DNA of 64,000 nt from an uncultured Desulfovibrionaceae bacterium (GTDB taxonomy: Bacteria; Desulfobacterota; Desulfovibrionia; Desulfovibrionales; Desulfovibrionaceae): contig CAYJNG010000001.1 of the NCBI GenBank assembly GCA_964371505.1, forward strand, positions 86-64,085, in the 5' to 3' direction. Position 1 is the stretch's first letter. Each line of letters begins with the position of its first letter. A program made the translations under genes and the position numbers. Shown piece by piece: positions 46,991 to 57,052 of this stretch. Under the pieces are notes generated by a model. The model was not told the DNA's origin and did not search any database. It worked only from the letters and a program-made list of their open reading frames with translations.

Positions 46991-48646
46991 ATGGACGCTA
47001 CACTGATTGTACGTAAAGCCTTGCAAGATATAGTGCAAGATATGGGGCTTACCTTCCCCGAAAAGGTAACCATTGAACCACCAAGAGATACCAAGCATGG
47101 CGGCGACCTAGCGGCCAACGTGGCCATGATGTTAGCAAAGGAAGCTAAAATGGCCCCGCGCGCTTTGGCTGAAAGCCTCGCGGAAAAATTGGGCGCCATG
47201 CCATTTATAGCCCTTGTGGAAGTGGCAGGCCCAGGCTTTTTAAATGTGACGCTTAAGGCAGAATTTTGGCAAGAATTCCTCTTACATATGGAAGCACAAG
47301 GCCCTGCCTTTGGCGGCAATGTGGTGGATGAAAAAATAAAAACGCAAGTGGAATACGTATCCGCCAACCCCACAGGCCCCTTGCATATAGGCCATGGTCG
47401 CGGCGCTGCGGTGGGCGATAGTGTGGCAAGAATTTTGCGCTTTGCAGGTCATGAGGTTGCCACTGAGTATTACATTAACGATGCCGGTAATCAAATGCGT
47501 TTGCTGGGGTATTCTGTATGGTTGCGCGCAAGAGAAATTAAAGGCTTACCTGTGGAGTGGCCTGAGTCTTACTATAAAGGCTCGTACATTATAGATATTG
47601 CACATGAAGTGCTAGCTCAAGATGCAGATCTTTTGCAAAAAGATGATACTGTGGCCCAAGATATTTGCTACGAATATGCCATGAATAGTATTATGGATGG
47701 CATTAAGCAAGATTTACAAGATTTTCGTGTGGGCCATGATGTGTGGTTTTCGGAGAAATCCTTGGTGGAGCGCGGCGCTGTGGATGCGGCCTTTGCTGCC
47801 CTTAAAGAAGCCGGCCTCTCCTATGAAAAAGACGATGCTTTGTGGTTTGCCACGGAAAGCCTTGGCGATGATAAAGACAGAGTACTGCGTAAGTCTGATG
47901 GTTCTTTAACCTATTTTGCTTCAGACATTGCGTATCATCATCATAAATTTGAACGCGGCTTTGACTATCTTATAGATGTGTGGGGCGCGGATCACCATGG
48001 CTATATTCCGCGTATGCGCGCAGCCATTAGCGCCATTGGGCGTGAGCAAAGCTCTTTTGATGTGGTGCTCATTCAATTGGTAAACTTGCTTGAAAATGGC
48101 AAGCCTGTGAGCATGTCCACCCGTGCGGGCACTTTTGAAACTTTGGCCGATGTGGTTGCTGAAGTGGGCGTGGATGCAGCACGCTTCATGTTCCTATCAC
48201 GCAAAAGTGACAGCCCGCTGGACTTTGACCTTGAGCTTGTAAAGCAACGCAGCATGGATAATCCTGTGTATTATGTGCAATATGCCCATGCTAGAATATG
48301 TGCTTTATTGCGCCGCTGTGAAGAAAGAGGCATGACTTTAACCACTAAAACCGCTATGGCAGATGTGGCGCCCTTAATCCATGCCGATGACCTTGCGCTC
48401 ATTCGTAATGTGGCACGCTTTCCCCATGTGGTTAAGCTTGCTGCCAATAATTTAGGGCCGCATTACATTAGTCATTATCTTTCTGAACTTGCAGCAGCTT
48501 TGCATAGCTATTATGGCAAGCATCACATTTTGCAAGAAGAAGATGTGGCCCTTGCCACGGCACGTATGGCTTTATTGCGTACGGCAGGAAATGTGCTTGC
48601 CACTGGTTTAGACTTATTGGGCGTTTCTGCGCCTGAAGCCATGTAA
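46991..48646 (+). CDS. argS: Arginine--tRNA ligase
   Basis: 551 aa. HIGH motif PTGPLHIGHGRG, the SMSTR variant of KMSKS, and a C-terminal DALR-type domain ending in ...M. Confidence 0.95.
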   Translation: MDATLIVRKALQDIVQDMGLTFPEKVTIEPPRDTKHGGDLAANVAMMLAKEAKMAPRALAESLAEKLGAMPFIALVEVAGPGFLNVTLKAEFWQEFLLHMEAQGPAFGGNVVDEKIKTQVEYVSANPTGPLHIGHGRGAAVGDSVARILRFAGHEVATEYYINDAGNQMRLLGYSVWLRAREIKGLPVEWPESYYKGSYIIDIAHEVLAQDADLLQKDDTVAQDICYEYAMNSIMDGIKQDLQDFRVGHDVWFSEKSLVERGAVDAAFAALKEAGLSYEKDDALWFATESLGDDKDRVLRKSDGSLTYFASDIAYHHHKFERGFDYLIDVWGADHHGYIPRMRAAISAIGREQSSFDVVLIQLVNLLENGKPVSMSTRAGTFETLADVVAEVGVDAARFMFLSRKSDSPLDFDLELVKQRSMDNPVYYVQYAHARICALLRRCEERGMTLTTKTAMADVAPLIHADDLALIRNVARFPHVVKLAANNLGPHYISHYLSELAAALHSYYGKHHILQEEDVALATARMALLRTAGNVLATGLDLLGVSAPEAM

Positions 48647-48669
48647 TGGTATAAAACATAGAGAAAACC

Positions 48670-49485
48670 ATGACACAGAATACAAAGAATACAGAACAAG
48701 CGCCTGCTAAACCTTCCATGAAAGATTTTAGCGTCACGCTGGGTTTTTCTTCTTTAATGACAGCGCTTACGGCACTTGTGGGTTGTGTGGTGGTGGCTTT
48801 TATGATGGGTGTTATTGTGGGGCGTGATGATACTGCACGCCCCACTTTAGCGCAAATTGTGGCAGAAAAAGAAGCGGCTAAAGCAGCGGAACAAGCCGAT
48901 GCCCAAGCCGATACTCAGGGTTCTGGCTCAGCTTCGGGGCAACAGTCTGACCAAGACGCAGGGCAGGTTCTATCACCTTTAGAGCCGGCAAGGGCGCATA
49001 AAACTGTTATGTCTGCTGAAGAACTGAGATATGCTACGGAGTTGAAAGGTAAAGTGGCTGGAGCTGCAAAAGCACCGTCAAAACCTACTGCTGGAGCCAA
49101 GCCTGAAGCTACGCAAAATGCTGCCGCACAAAGTACGCCTTCTTCAACCACGGCTCCCACTGGGGCTTCCACAACGCCAGCCAACGTAACTACTACAGCC
49201 ACCACAACTTCCTCTGGCACGCAGGCTCCCTCTGCGTCCAACGCCACGGCTTTGTATGATTACGTGTATCAAGTGGCTTCCTTAAAAAGTGAAGAGTCGG
49301 TAGATGTGCTACGCGCGCAGCTAGAGGGTGAAGGCTTGCGTACTCGCATGGTGAAAAGCGGCGATTACCTTATGGTGCAAGTGCTTATGCGCGGCACCAC
49401 GCAGCAAGCCAAAGCTTTGCAAGACCTTATGGTGCAGTTAAAGCTGGGCGCACCGGTACAACAACAAAAGAAGGCTGTGGAATAA
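48670..49485 (+). CDS. SPOR-domain membrane protein
   Basis: A single TM helix, a low-complexity Ala/Thr/Ser-rich linker, and a C-terminal SPOR-like block YVYQVASLKSEESVDVLRAQLEGEGL. Confidence 0.7.
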   Translation: MTQNTKNTEQAPAKPSMKDFSVTLGFSSLMTALTALVGCVVVAFMMGVIVGRDDTARPTLAQIVAEKEAAKAAEQADAQADTQGSGSASGQQSDQDAGQVLSPLEPARAHKTVMSAEELRYATELKGKVAGAAKAPSKPTAGAKPEATQNAAAQSTPSSTTAPTGASTTPANVTTTATTTSSGTQAPSASNATALYDYVYQVASLKSEESVDVLRAQLEGEGLRTRMVKSGDYLMVQVLMRGTTQQAKALQDLMVQLKLGAPVQQQKKAVE

Positions 49486-49489
49486 AAAT

Positions 49490-50278
49490 ATGCTGACTTC
49501 TCTATGCGCGAAAGTGGGGGCAGCCTCTCTTAGTATTGTAGCCACCATGGGCTCTTTGTTTTTATTTCTGCTCATGTCTTGTAAGCAAGCCTTTTCTACG
49601 CCGCATCTTTTTTCTAAATTTCGCCAACAGCTTTACATCATAGGCTCCATGTCGCTTTTTCTTATACTTCTCATAGGGGTATTTTGCGGTATGGTGTTGG
49701 GTTTGCAAGGGTACTATACCCTTATAAAATTTGGCTCCACAGGCATGCTTGGGGCGGGGGTTGCCTTAACGCTTATTCGAGAGCTTGGCCCCGTGCTTAC
49801 GGCTATAATGCTTACAGGGCGCGCCGGTTCAGCCATGACGGCAGAAATTGGCGTCATGCGTATTTCGGATCAAGTGGACGCCTTGGAGGTGATGGATATT
49901 CACCCCATGGGGTATTTGGCCACGCCGCGCCTCTTGGCTGGGCTTGTGGCCTTTCCTTTCTTAACAGCCGTGTTTAACGTGGTGGGTATTCTTGGTGGCT
50001 ATTTAACCGGTGTGCTTATGCTTGGCATTAATGAAGGGGCGTACTTTTATCAGATTGAAAGCGCCGTGTCTTTGTCTGATGTTATGGGCGGTTTTATAAA
50101 GGCCATTACCTTTGGTATTATTGTTATTACTGTGTGTTGTCACCAAGGCTATTATGCCCATTTGCGCCGTGACAGTGTAGGGCCTGCAGCTGTGGGCAAT
50201 GCGACTACTTCGGCGGTGGTTTTGGCCTCCAGTCTTATTCTTGTGGCAGACTATGTGCTCACGTCCTTATTATTGTAG
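49490..50278 (+). CDS. mlaE: Phospholipid ABC transporter permease MlaE
   Basis: 262-aa polytopic permease. It is the first gene of a run whose products match the Mla permease, ATPase, MCE protein, MlaC and VacJ/MlaA in that order (mlaE-F-D-C-A). Confidence 0.85.
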   Translation: MLTSLCAKVGAASLSIVATMGSLFLFLLMSCKQAFSTPHLFSKFRQQLYIIGSMSLFLILLIGVFCGMVLGLQGYYTLIKFGSTGMLGAGVALTLIRELGPVLTAIMLTGRAGSAMTAEIGVMRISDQVDALEVMDIHPMGYLATPRLLAGLVAFPFLTAVFNVVGILGGYLTGVLMLGINEGAYFYQIESAVSLSDVMGGFIKAITFGIIVITVCCHQGYYAHLRRDSVGPAAVGNATTSAVVLASSLILVADYVLTSLLL

Positions 50279-50285
50279 GTGAAAC

Positions 50286-51101
50286 ATGCAAGATACCACC
50301 ATCACATTAGAAAATTGCACCATAGGTTATGATGACCATGTGGTTGTACGCGGTATAAATGCCCATTTGCCGCAAGGTAAAATTTCTGTCATCCTTGGCG
50401 GTTCCGGCAGTGGAAAATCGACGCTCTTGCGCCATCTGGTGGGCTTGTCGCGCCCCAGTGCAGGAAAGGTTTTGTTAGGTTCTACAGATTTTTTTGCTTT
50501 GCCCGATAAAGAGTTTCGGCGCATGCGCCGGCGCATGGGCATGCTTTTTCAAGACGGCGCATTGCTTGGGGCACTAAATCTTTTGGATAATGTGTCTTTG
50601 CCTTTGCACGAGCATACAAATTTATCGCAAGATTGCATTCATAAAGCTGCATTACGTACCTTGCGATTGGTGGGCTTAGAGGAATTTGCGCAATTTTACC
50701 CCAGCCAACTTTCCGGCGGCATGCGCAAAAGGGCTGGCCTTGCCCGCGCTATCATTACCGATCCACCCGTGTTGTTTTGTGATGAACCCACATCGGGCTT
50801 AGATCCCATTACCGCAGCGCAAATGGATCAATTACTCTTGGATATGAAAAAAGCTTTTCCGCGCATGACCATGGTGGTGGTAAGCCATGACCTCGCCAGT
50901 ATTGAACGCATAGCTGACCATGCACTGGTGTTGCACGCAGGGGAGCTTGCCTTTTGCGGGCCATGGGAAGAGCTTAAAAAGGCTCAAGACAGTTATATAC
51001 AAGATTTTCTTTTGCGCAGAGCAGAGCCTTTGGCGCAAGGGCATTTCGAAGAGCAAGACCCTGCCGTACAAGCGGCTTTGCAAGCTTGGATGCAGGAATA
51101 A
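50286..51101 (+). CDS. mlaF: Phospholipid ABC transporter ATP-binding protein MlaF
   Basis: [19 protein letters not shown] and LFCDEP. Confidence 0.88.
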   Translation: MQDTTITLENCTIGYDDHVVVRGINAHLPQGKISVILGGSGSGKSTLLRHLVGLSRPSAGKVLLGSTDFFALPDKEFRRMRRRMGMLFQDGALLGALNLLDNVSLPLHEHTNLSQDCIHKAALRTLRLVGLEEFAQFYPSQLSGGMRKRAGLARAIITDPPVLFCDEPTSGLDPITAAQMDQLLLDMKKAFPRMTMVVVSHDLASIERIADHALVLHAGELAFCGPWEELKKAQDSYIQDFLLRRAEPLAQGHFEEQDPAVQAALQAWMQE

Positions 51102-51119
51102 GAAGTAAGAAAAGAGGGT

Positions 51120-51566
51120 ATGATGAAAACATCTCGTGAAATAAATGTGGGCATTTTTGTCTTGTTGGGCTTGCTGTGTATTGGCTATCTCACCATAAAA
51201 TTAGGCAAAATGGAAGTTATAGGCGGTGATGGCTATACAGTGGAAGCGCATTTTTCTTCTGTATCCGGATTGCGCGTAGGTGCCAGCATTGAAATTGCCG
51301 GTGTAGGCGTAGGCCGAGTGTCTTCCATTGGCCTTGATGCAGAACGTGGTCAAGCTGTGGTGACATTGTATGTGAATAATGGTATCAAGCTTACGGAAGA
51401 TACTATTGCTTCGGTAAAAACTAGCGGACTTATTGGAGATAAATATATTAGCCTTGCTCCTGGCGGTTCTGATGTGTATTTGGAGCCAGGAGATGCCATT
51501 GTGGATACGGAATCTGCGGTGGATTTAGAATCTATTATAGGAAAATTCGCCTTTGGAGGTGTGTAA
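51120..51566 (+). CDS. mlaD: MCE-domain protein MlaD
   Basis: 148 aa with an N-terminal TM anchor and an MCE core. Confidence 0.85.
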   Translation: MMKTSREINVGIFVLLGLLCIGYLTIKLGKMEVIGGDGYTVEAHFSSVSGLRVGASIEIAGVGVGRVSSIGLDAERGQAVVTLYVNNGIKLTEDTIASVKTSGLIGDKYISLAPGGSDVYLEPGDAIVDTESAVDLESIIGKFAFGGV

Positions 51567-52207
51567 TGCGTCGTTCTTTATTTTCGTCTTTAGCATTGTT
51601 AGCAGTACTTATTATGTGTCTTCCTGTGGTGGCCACCGGCTCTACCAATCCTGCCGATGCACAAACAAGTTTACAAACGTCGGTGAGCCGCATTTTAGGC
51701 TTCATTCAATCTCCGGGCTATGCTAACCCTGCAACTCGTCAAAGTTTAAACGCTTCCATTGAAAAGGAAGTGTATGCTATTTTTGATTTTGATGAGTTTT
51801 CCATGCGCACCGTGGGCGCCTTTTGGAAGCAATTTAGCCCAAAGCAAAAGCAAGACTTCACCAAGGCTTTTTCTGACTTGCTTTTTGCAACCTATCTTGG
51901 CCGCATAGAAGGCTATAATGGGGAAAAGGTGCTGTATGATGGCTTTGTTAGCGGGAATAACGGTAAGCGCGTGGAAGTGCGCACTGTAATAAATTTAAAG
52001 GGTAATACTAAAATTCCTTTAAATTATCGCATGCTTCCAAAAAATGGTAAATGGGTTGTGTATGATGTACTTGTGGAAGGTGTGAGCCTTGTGAAGAATT
52101 ATCGCACGCAATTTAATGACGCTTTACAAAGCGGTTCCCCTGAGGCGCTTATTGCACGCGTGAAGGAAAGAGCCGCTGCCATGAAGAGTGCTTCCCATGC
52201 AAAATAA
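51566..52207 (+). CDS. mlaC: Periplasmic phospholipid-binding protein MlaC (Ttg2D family)
   Basis: Has a signal peptide, is 213 aa, and lies in the mla operon. Confidence 0.8.
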   Translation: MRRSLFSSLALLAVLIMCLPVVATGSTNPADAQTSLQTSVSRILGFIQSPGYANPATRQSLNASIEKEVYAIFDFDEFSMRTVGAFWKQFSPKQKQDFTKAFSDLLFATYLGRIEGYNGEKVLYDGFVSGNNGKRVEVRTVINLKGNTKIPLNYRMLPKNGKWVVYDVLVEGVSLVKNYRTQFNDALQSGSPEALIARVKERAAAMKSASHAK

Positions 52208-53015
52208 AAGCTTACGACTCATACTGGCCTTGTGGCTATTTTTGGGCACGGTGGGGGCAGGGCAAGTTTTTGCGGCTTCCATGGTGCATTCGGCAGGGCA
52301 GGCCGGCTATAAGCAAGGCACTTTGCAACAATCAGCCGTGGTGCAAGAGTTAGAAGGGGGCTTTGGCGGCGATCTTGATGATTATGATGTGATTCCCATT
52401 CAAGGTATTGCCGATCCTCTGGAGCCATGGAATAGGTTTTGGTTTGGCTTTAATGATATTTTTTATATGCATATAGCCAACCCTGTATATAGTGCCTATG
52501 ACTATGTCATGCCGGATCAAGTGCAAGGTGGATTAAGTAATTTTTTTAACAACTTGCTTTTCCCTGTGCGCTTTGTCAATGCGCTGTTGCAAGGTAAGGT
52601 GCAGCTGGCAGGGGTAGAATTTGGCCGGTTTATGATCAATACCACCGTGGGTATGGCTGGTTTTATTGATGTGGCTGCGCGCCATAAAACCGTGGTGCCC
52701 TATACGCGCGATGGGGAGGATTTTGGCCAAACTTTGGGAGCTTGGGGCGTTGGACAAGGTTTTTATGTGGTGTGGCCCATTCTGGGGCCAAGCTCAGCCC
52801 GTGGTTCTGTAGGAACCGCAGTGGATTTTTTCATAGATCCTACCTTCTTTTTAGACCCCACCTATATTTCTACAGGGGTGCGTGCCGGCCTTGAGTTTAA
52901 TGATTTAAACAGCGTGCTTGCTTTGTATGGGGATGCTAAGTCGGTGGCGGTGGACCCTTATGTGGCCATGCGCGAAGCCTATGCGGCCTATCGCAAACAG
53001 CAAATTTTTCATTAA
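52188..53015 (+). CDS. mlaA: VacJ/MlaA family lipoprotein
   Basis: DPLEPWNRFWFGFND motif typical of VacJ/MlaA. The start may instead be ATG 52197. Confidence 0.85.
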   Translation: MLPMQNKSLRLILALWLFLGTVGAGQVFAASMVHSAGQAGYKQGTLQQSAVVQELEGGFGGDLDDYDVIPIQGIADPLEPWNRFWFGFNDIFYMHIANPVYSAYDYVMPDQVQGGLSNFFNNLLFPVRFVNALLQGKVQLAGVEFGRFMINTTVGMAGFIDVAARHKTVVPYTRDGEDFGQTLGAWGVGQGFYVVWPILGPSSARGSVGTAVDFFIDPTFFLDPTYISTGVRAGLEFNDLNSVLALYGDAKSVAVDPYVAMREAYAAYRKQQIFH

Positions 53016-53048
53016 TAGACAGTTGAAAAAATATTCTAAGGATAGGCT

Positions 53049-53080
53049 TTAGGGCCTATCCTTTTTTTGTGTAAAAATGT
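53049..53080 (+). terminator. Intrinsic terminator after mlaA
   Basis: AAGGATAGGC / GCCTATCCTT stem followed by TTTTTTG. Confidence 0.75.
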
Positions 53081-53182
53081 TTGCAAAAGTAAGCTTAGAT
53101 TAGCCTTGTATAGACGGGGCTACTTGCTTTTATGTTGGAAAGACTTATAGTTCCTTGTGACATTTTATCAAAAGGAGATAGT

Positions 53183-55867
53183 ATGTTTTTTTCATATACA
53201 CATAAAACTTTAGCCTCATTGTGCATGGGAGTATGTATGCTTGGAACCTCATTGGGGCATGCCAGTGCCAATAGCGTTAGCGCAGCACAGGCAGATAAAA
53301 AAGGCGAAGCGCAAGCGCAAGCTTTATTGCAAGACTCAAGGCATATAACGAAGCTAAAAAACGGCCTCACAGTGCTGGTTATAGAAGATGAGCGCTTTCC
53401 CCTTGTTTCCACACGTCTGTATGTGAAGGCAGGCTCTGCGTACGAAACACCGCAAGATGCAGGCATTAGCCATGTGCTAGAGCATATGGTGTTTAAAGGC
53501 ACACAAAAAAGACCTAAGGGCGCCATTTCTCAAGAAGTAGAAGCTGCCGGCGGCTATTTAAATGCTGCCACCTCCTTTGACTATACAGTCTATCAAACAG
53601 ACTTACCTGCAAAGCATTGGGCTTTAAGCCTTGATATAGTCAAAGATATGGCCTTTTATCCTACCTTAGACGCGGCGGAGTTAGAGTCGGAAAAGCAGGT
53701 TATTTTATCAGAGTTGCAGCGCGGCAATGATAACCCTGCGCAAAGAATTTTTAAAGAGCTACACACCAATGCTTTAAAGGGCACGCCTTATGATCATCCC
53801 ATCATAGGGTACGAAGACACCATTAAGGCTGTAACACCGGCCTCCATGCGCGCTTATATTGCTAAATATTACCAACCACAAAACATGCTTTTGGTGGTGG
53901 TAGGTAATGTGCAGGCCAAAGATGTGCTTGAGGAAAGTCAAAAGCTTTTTGGGCAGTTGAAAAACACCTCACTGCTGCATCCTGTACAAGCCATTGATGC
54001 TCAAAAACTTAACTCTGCGCAGATAAATATACAAGAAGGTCAGTGGAATAAGGTTTACTTGGGCATGGCTTTACCTGTACCTGGTTCTGCTGATGTGCGT
54101 AGCGTTCCCCTTGATATATTGACCATGGTCATGGGCGGCGATGCTACTTCTTATTTATATAAAAAATACAAATACGAAAAGCAGCTTGTGGATAGTATTT
54201 CTGTGTCCAATTACGGCTTTGAGCGAGTGGGGCTTGTGTATTTTACCGTACAGCTTGATGCGGAAAATGTGGAAGCCTTTTGGAAAGAGTTTATGGCGGA
54301 TATGGCTTCCCTGAAGGCCACAGCTTTTACTGAAAAGGATATTGCACGCGCGCAGTTGCGCCTTGAAGATAGTACCCATAGAGCTAAAGAAACGTTATCC
54401 GGCCTGGCCTCTTGGAAGGGCTATTCTGAGCTTTTCCTTGATGGTGAACAAGGGGAGAGGAACATGCTTGCGGTTATTGCAGATGTAAACCAAGAGCAAT
54501 TGCAAGAAGCCCTAAATACATGGTTTACGCCGCAGCGTTTAAGCGTGGCTGTGCTTGCCCCTACAGGGACTAAGCTTCCGGACTTGCAGGCCGTGTTACA
54601 AAAAGAATGGCCTGCCCCCAAGCAAGAAAATGTAGGCCTTGCTGCCAAGGCCACAGGCAAAAAGCAAGTGGTGGACCTTGGTGATGGACGCCAAGTGGTG
54701 CTTATTCCAGATGCTACCATGCCCTATACGGCTGTGGATTTTTATATGACAGGGGGCAATAGTTTAAGCGGTAAGCGCCAAGGGCTTGCGGCTTTAACGG
54801 CTTCTGTTTTAACGGCGGGCACCAAGAGCATGACTTCTCCGCAAATAGACACCTTCCTTGCGGAGCGTGTTTCCTCCATGGGGGCAGGAAGTGGGCGCCA
54901 AGTATTTTGGTTTTCCATGAAGCAGCCCACACGTTTTAATGCCGATATGTTTGGCCTTATGAAGGACGTGCTAACTGAGCCGGCCTTTAGCGTCGAAGAA
55001 GTGGAAAGAGAGAAAAATAATCAAATGGCTGCCATTGCCTCGCGAGATGATCAACCTTTAGGCTTGGCTTTTTCTAAAATGGCACCTTTTCTTTTTGGGG
55101 AAGAGCATCCGTACGGCTTTAAAAACTTAGGCGATGCAGCCACTGTAAAAGCCTATACCCAGCAAGATATTGTGGACTTTTGGAAAAATCAATCACAGCA
55201 GCCTTGGGTTTTGTCTGTGGCAGGAGATTTTGATACGGAAGCCGTATTAGCCTTTGCACGTTCCTTGCCCAAGCCCAGTGTGGCTACGCAAGAAGTTGCG
55301 GCTCCCACTTGGGGCACAGAAAAGGCCTTAACGGTAGCTGTGCCCGGTCGTGAGCAGGCGCATCATATGCTTGTTTTTAAAACAGTGCCCAATAGCCATG
55401 AAGATGCGGCAGCCTTAGAGTTGTTACAATTGGCTCTTGCTGGACAAAGCGGTATTCTTTTTAATGAATTGCGCGACAAACAAGGCCTTGGGTATTCGGT
55501 AACAGCGCAAAAATCCTTTTTCCCCACCACAGGCTATATGCTCTTTTATATAGGCACAGAGCCAGATAAAGTGCAGCAAGCCCATGAAGGCTTTAAAGGG
55601 GTGGTGCATGATTTGCAAAAGAATCTTTTGCCTGAAGCCTTGCTGCAAAGGGCTAAAAATCAAATGGAAGGGGATTTTTACCGTGATGCACAAAGTTTGA
55701 AATCTCGCTCCGGTGAGGCCGCCGTGCGTGCCATCTTGGGGCAAGATGTGGACTTTAGAAAGCACTTTATTGAAAAGGCCAAAAAGGTGAGCCCAGAAGA
55801 TGTGCGCCGTGTGGCCCAAAAGTATTTGGACTGGGATAATGCCTATGTGGTGGATGTCACCCCATAG
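53183..55867 (+). CDS. Secreted M16-family zinc peptidase (PqqL-like, two tandem M16 modules)
   Basis: AAGGAG lies upstream of ATG 53183. It has a signal peptide and the inverted zincin motif HVLEHMVFKG. At about 890 aa it corresponds to a duplicated M16 architecture. Confidence 0.85.
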   Translation: MFFSYTHKTLASLCMGVCMLGTSLGHASANSVSAAQADKKGEAQAQALLQDSRHITKLKNGLTVLVIEDERFPLVSTRLYVKAGSAYETPQDAGISHVLEHMVFKGTQKRPKGAISQEVEAAGGYLNAATSFDYTVYQTDLPAKHWALSLDIVKDMAFYPTLDAAELESEKQVILSELQRGNDNPAQRIFKELHTNALKGTPYDHPIIGYEDTIKAVTPASMRAYIAKYYQPQNMLLVVVGNVQAKDVLEESQKLFGQLKNTSLLHPVQAIDAQKLNSAQINIQEGQWNKVYLGMALPVPGSADVRSVPLDILTMVMGGDATSYLYKKYKYEKQLVDSISVSNYGFERVGLVYFTVQLDAENVEAFWKEFMADMASLKATAFTEKDIARAQLRLEDSTHRAKETLSGLASWKGYSELFLDGEQGERNMLAVIADVNQEQLQEALNTWFTPQRLSVAVLAPTGTKLPDLQAVLQKEWPAPKQENVGLAAKATGKKQVVDLGDGRQVVLIPDATMPYTAVDFYMTGGNSLSGKRQGLAALTASVLTAGTKSMTSPQIDTFLAERVSSMGAGSGRQVFWFSMKQPTRFNADMFGLMKDVLTEPAFSVEEVEREKNNQMAAIASRDDQPLGLAFSKMAPFLFGEEHPYGFKNLGDAATVKAYTQQDIVDFWKNQSQQPWVLSVAGDFDTEAVLAFARSLPKPSVATQEVAAPTWGTEKALTVAVPGREQAHHMLVFKTVPNSHEDAAALELLQLALAGQSGILFNELRDKQGLGYSVTAQKSFFPTTGYMLFYIGTEPDKVQQAHEGFKGVVHDLQKNLLPEALLQRAKNQMEGDFYRDAQSLKSRSGEAAVRAILGQDVDFRKHFIEKAKKVSPEDVRRVAQKYLDWDNAYVVDVTP

Positions 55868-55966
55868 AGCATAGCAAGGGCGCTGTTGCGCGTATTGCGT
55901 TATGCAAAGCCTCTTTGTGCACATCTTGCGCGAAGGGGCTTTTTCTTTAGGTAAGAGAGTGCGTTT

Positions 55967-56956
55967 TTATGTATGTAGGGATTTTAGGCAAAAGTGGAGA
56001 TGGCATAGCTTATGGGCTTTATCCCCATGGGCTAAAAAGGGCTGTAAAATTTCAAGTGCGCTGCTTTTGTGGCCTAACTTTGCCAAGAGCAAGGCCTTGG
56101 CGTAGAAGGGAAATTCTAAATCCTGTAAGCTAATATTTTTTCCTTGCTTTTGTTTTTGTACAACAAGTTGTAAGGATTTTTCATTGGCGGTGAATTGCTC
56201 TTCTGCTTCTTTACGAGGCATAACATCATCTCGTAAAAAATGGAGAACAGCTTGCTCATGCAGTTTTTCTTCTTCTTGCAATAAGGCACGCGCATTACTT
56301 TTAGCCAGATTATGCTCGTAGGAAAGGAATAGCCCTAGCATTTTAGGAATATGTAAGAAAGGATAGCGCTGCGACATGCGTAACCACATGTCATAATCTC
56401 CGGCTATGGTGAAGCTCTCGTCAAAATAACCTACCTCTTCATGCACGGAGCGCCGCCACATGGGTTGCGGGCCGGCTAAGCAGGCATACATAAGGCGCAC
56501 ATGGCTGTATGCTGGCTGCACAAGCCTGCCAAGCAGCGGGGCTGCATCAAAGGTGGCGTTTTCTTGCGCTGTAACGCGGCAATTGGCATAGGCAAGGGCC
56601 ACATGGGGGTTGAGATCTAAAGCTGTAGCAAGGGTTTCAAGGGCGTGTGGGGCGTGCCTATCATCGGCATTGGCATTGGTAATGTAAGAGCCGCGGGCCA
56701 TGTGTAAAGCTCTATTCCATGAGGCATACAAGGTTTCGCGTTGTGCTGTGCGGTAGTAAAGAATATTATCGTATTTTTTGGTGTATTCTTCGATGATACT
56801 ACGCTCATTTTGCGGTGAACAAGCGTCTATGATGATGATTTCTGTTTGTGCAAAGATGCTTTGCCCTAGCAAATCTTCTAAACAGCCGCGTATAAATCGC
56901 TCGGCATTATAGAGCGAAACTAGGGCAGTGACTTTATAAGGGCTAGCGTGTGACAT
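55967..56956 (-). CDS. Family 2 glycosyltransferase
   Basis: The N-terminal VTALVSLYNAERFIRGCLEDLLGQ and the IIIDACSPQNE and NADD blocks follow the GT-A/GT2 pattern. The C-terminal 100 or so aa are helical. Confidence 0.8.
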   Translation of the reverse strand: MSHASPYKVTALVSLYNAERFIRGCLEDLLGQSIFAQTEIIIIDACSPQNERSIIEEYTKKYDNILYYRTAQRETLYASWNRALHMARGSYITNANADDRHAPHALETLATALDLNPHVALAYANCRVTAQENATFDAAPLLGRLVQPAYSHVRLMYACLAGPQPMWRRSVHEEVGYFDESFTIAGDYDMWLRMSQRYPFLHIPKMLGLFLSYEHNLAKSNARALLQEEEKLHEQAVLHFLRDDVMPRKEAEEQFTANEKSLQLVVQKQKQGKNISLQDLEFPFYAKALLLAKLGHKSSALEILQPFLAHGDKAHKLCHLHFCLKSLHT

Positions 56957-57002
56957 GCTGTGCTTTGTGTTGAGGTTGTATTACGGCATGTTTTTGCATG
57001 GT

Positions 57003-57035
57003 TAAAAAAGGGGGAAAAGATTTCTCTTTTCCCCC
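57003..57035 (-). terminator. Intrinsic terminator after the AGCS symporter gene
   Basis: GGGGGAAAAGA / TCTTTTCCCCC stem. On the minus strand it is followed by TTTTTTA. Confidence 0.75.
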
Positions 57036-57052
57036 AAACAAACCGCAGTTTG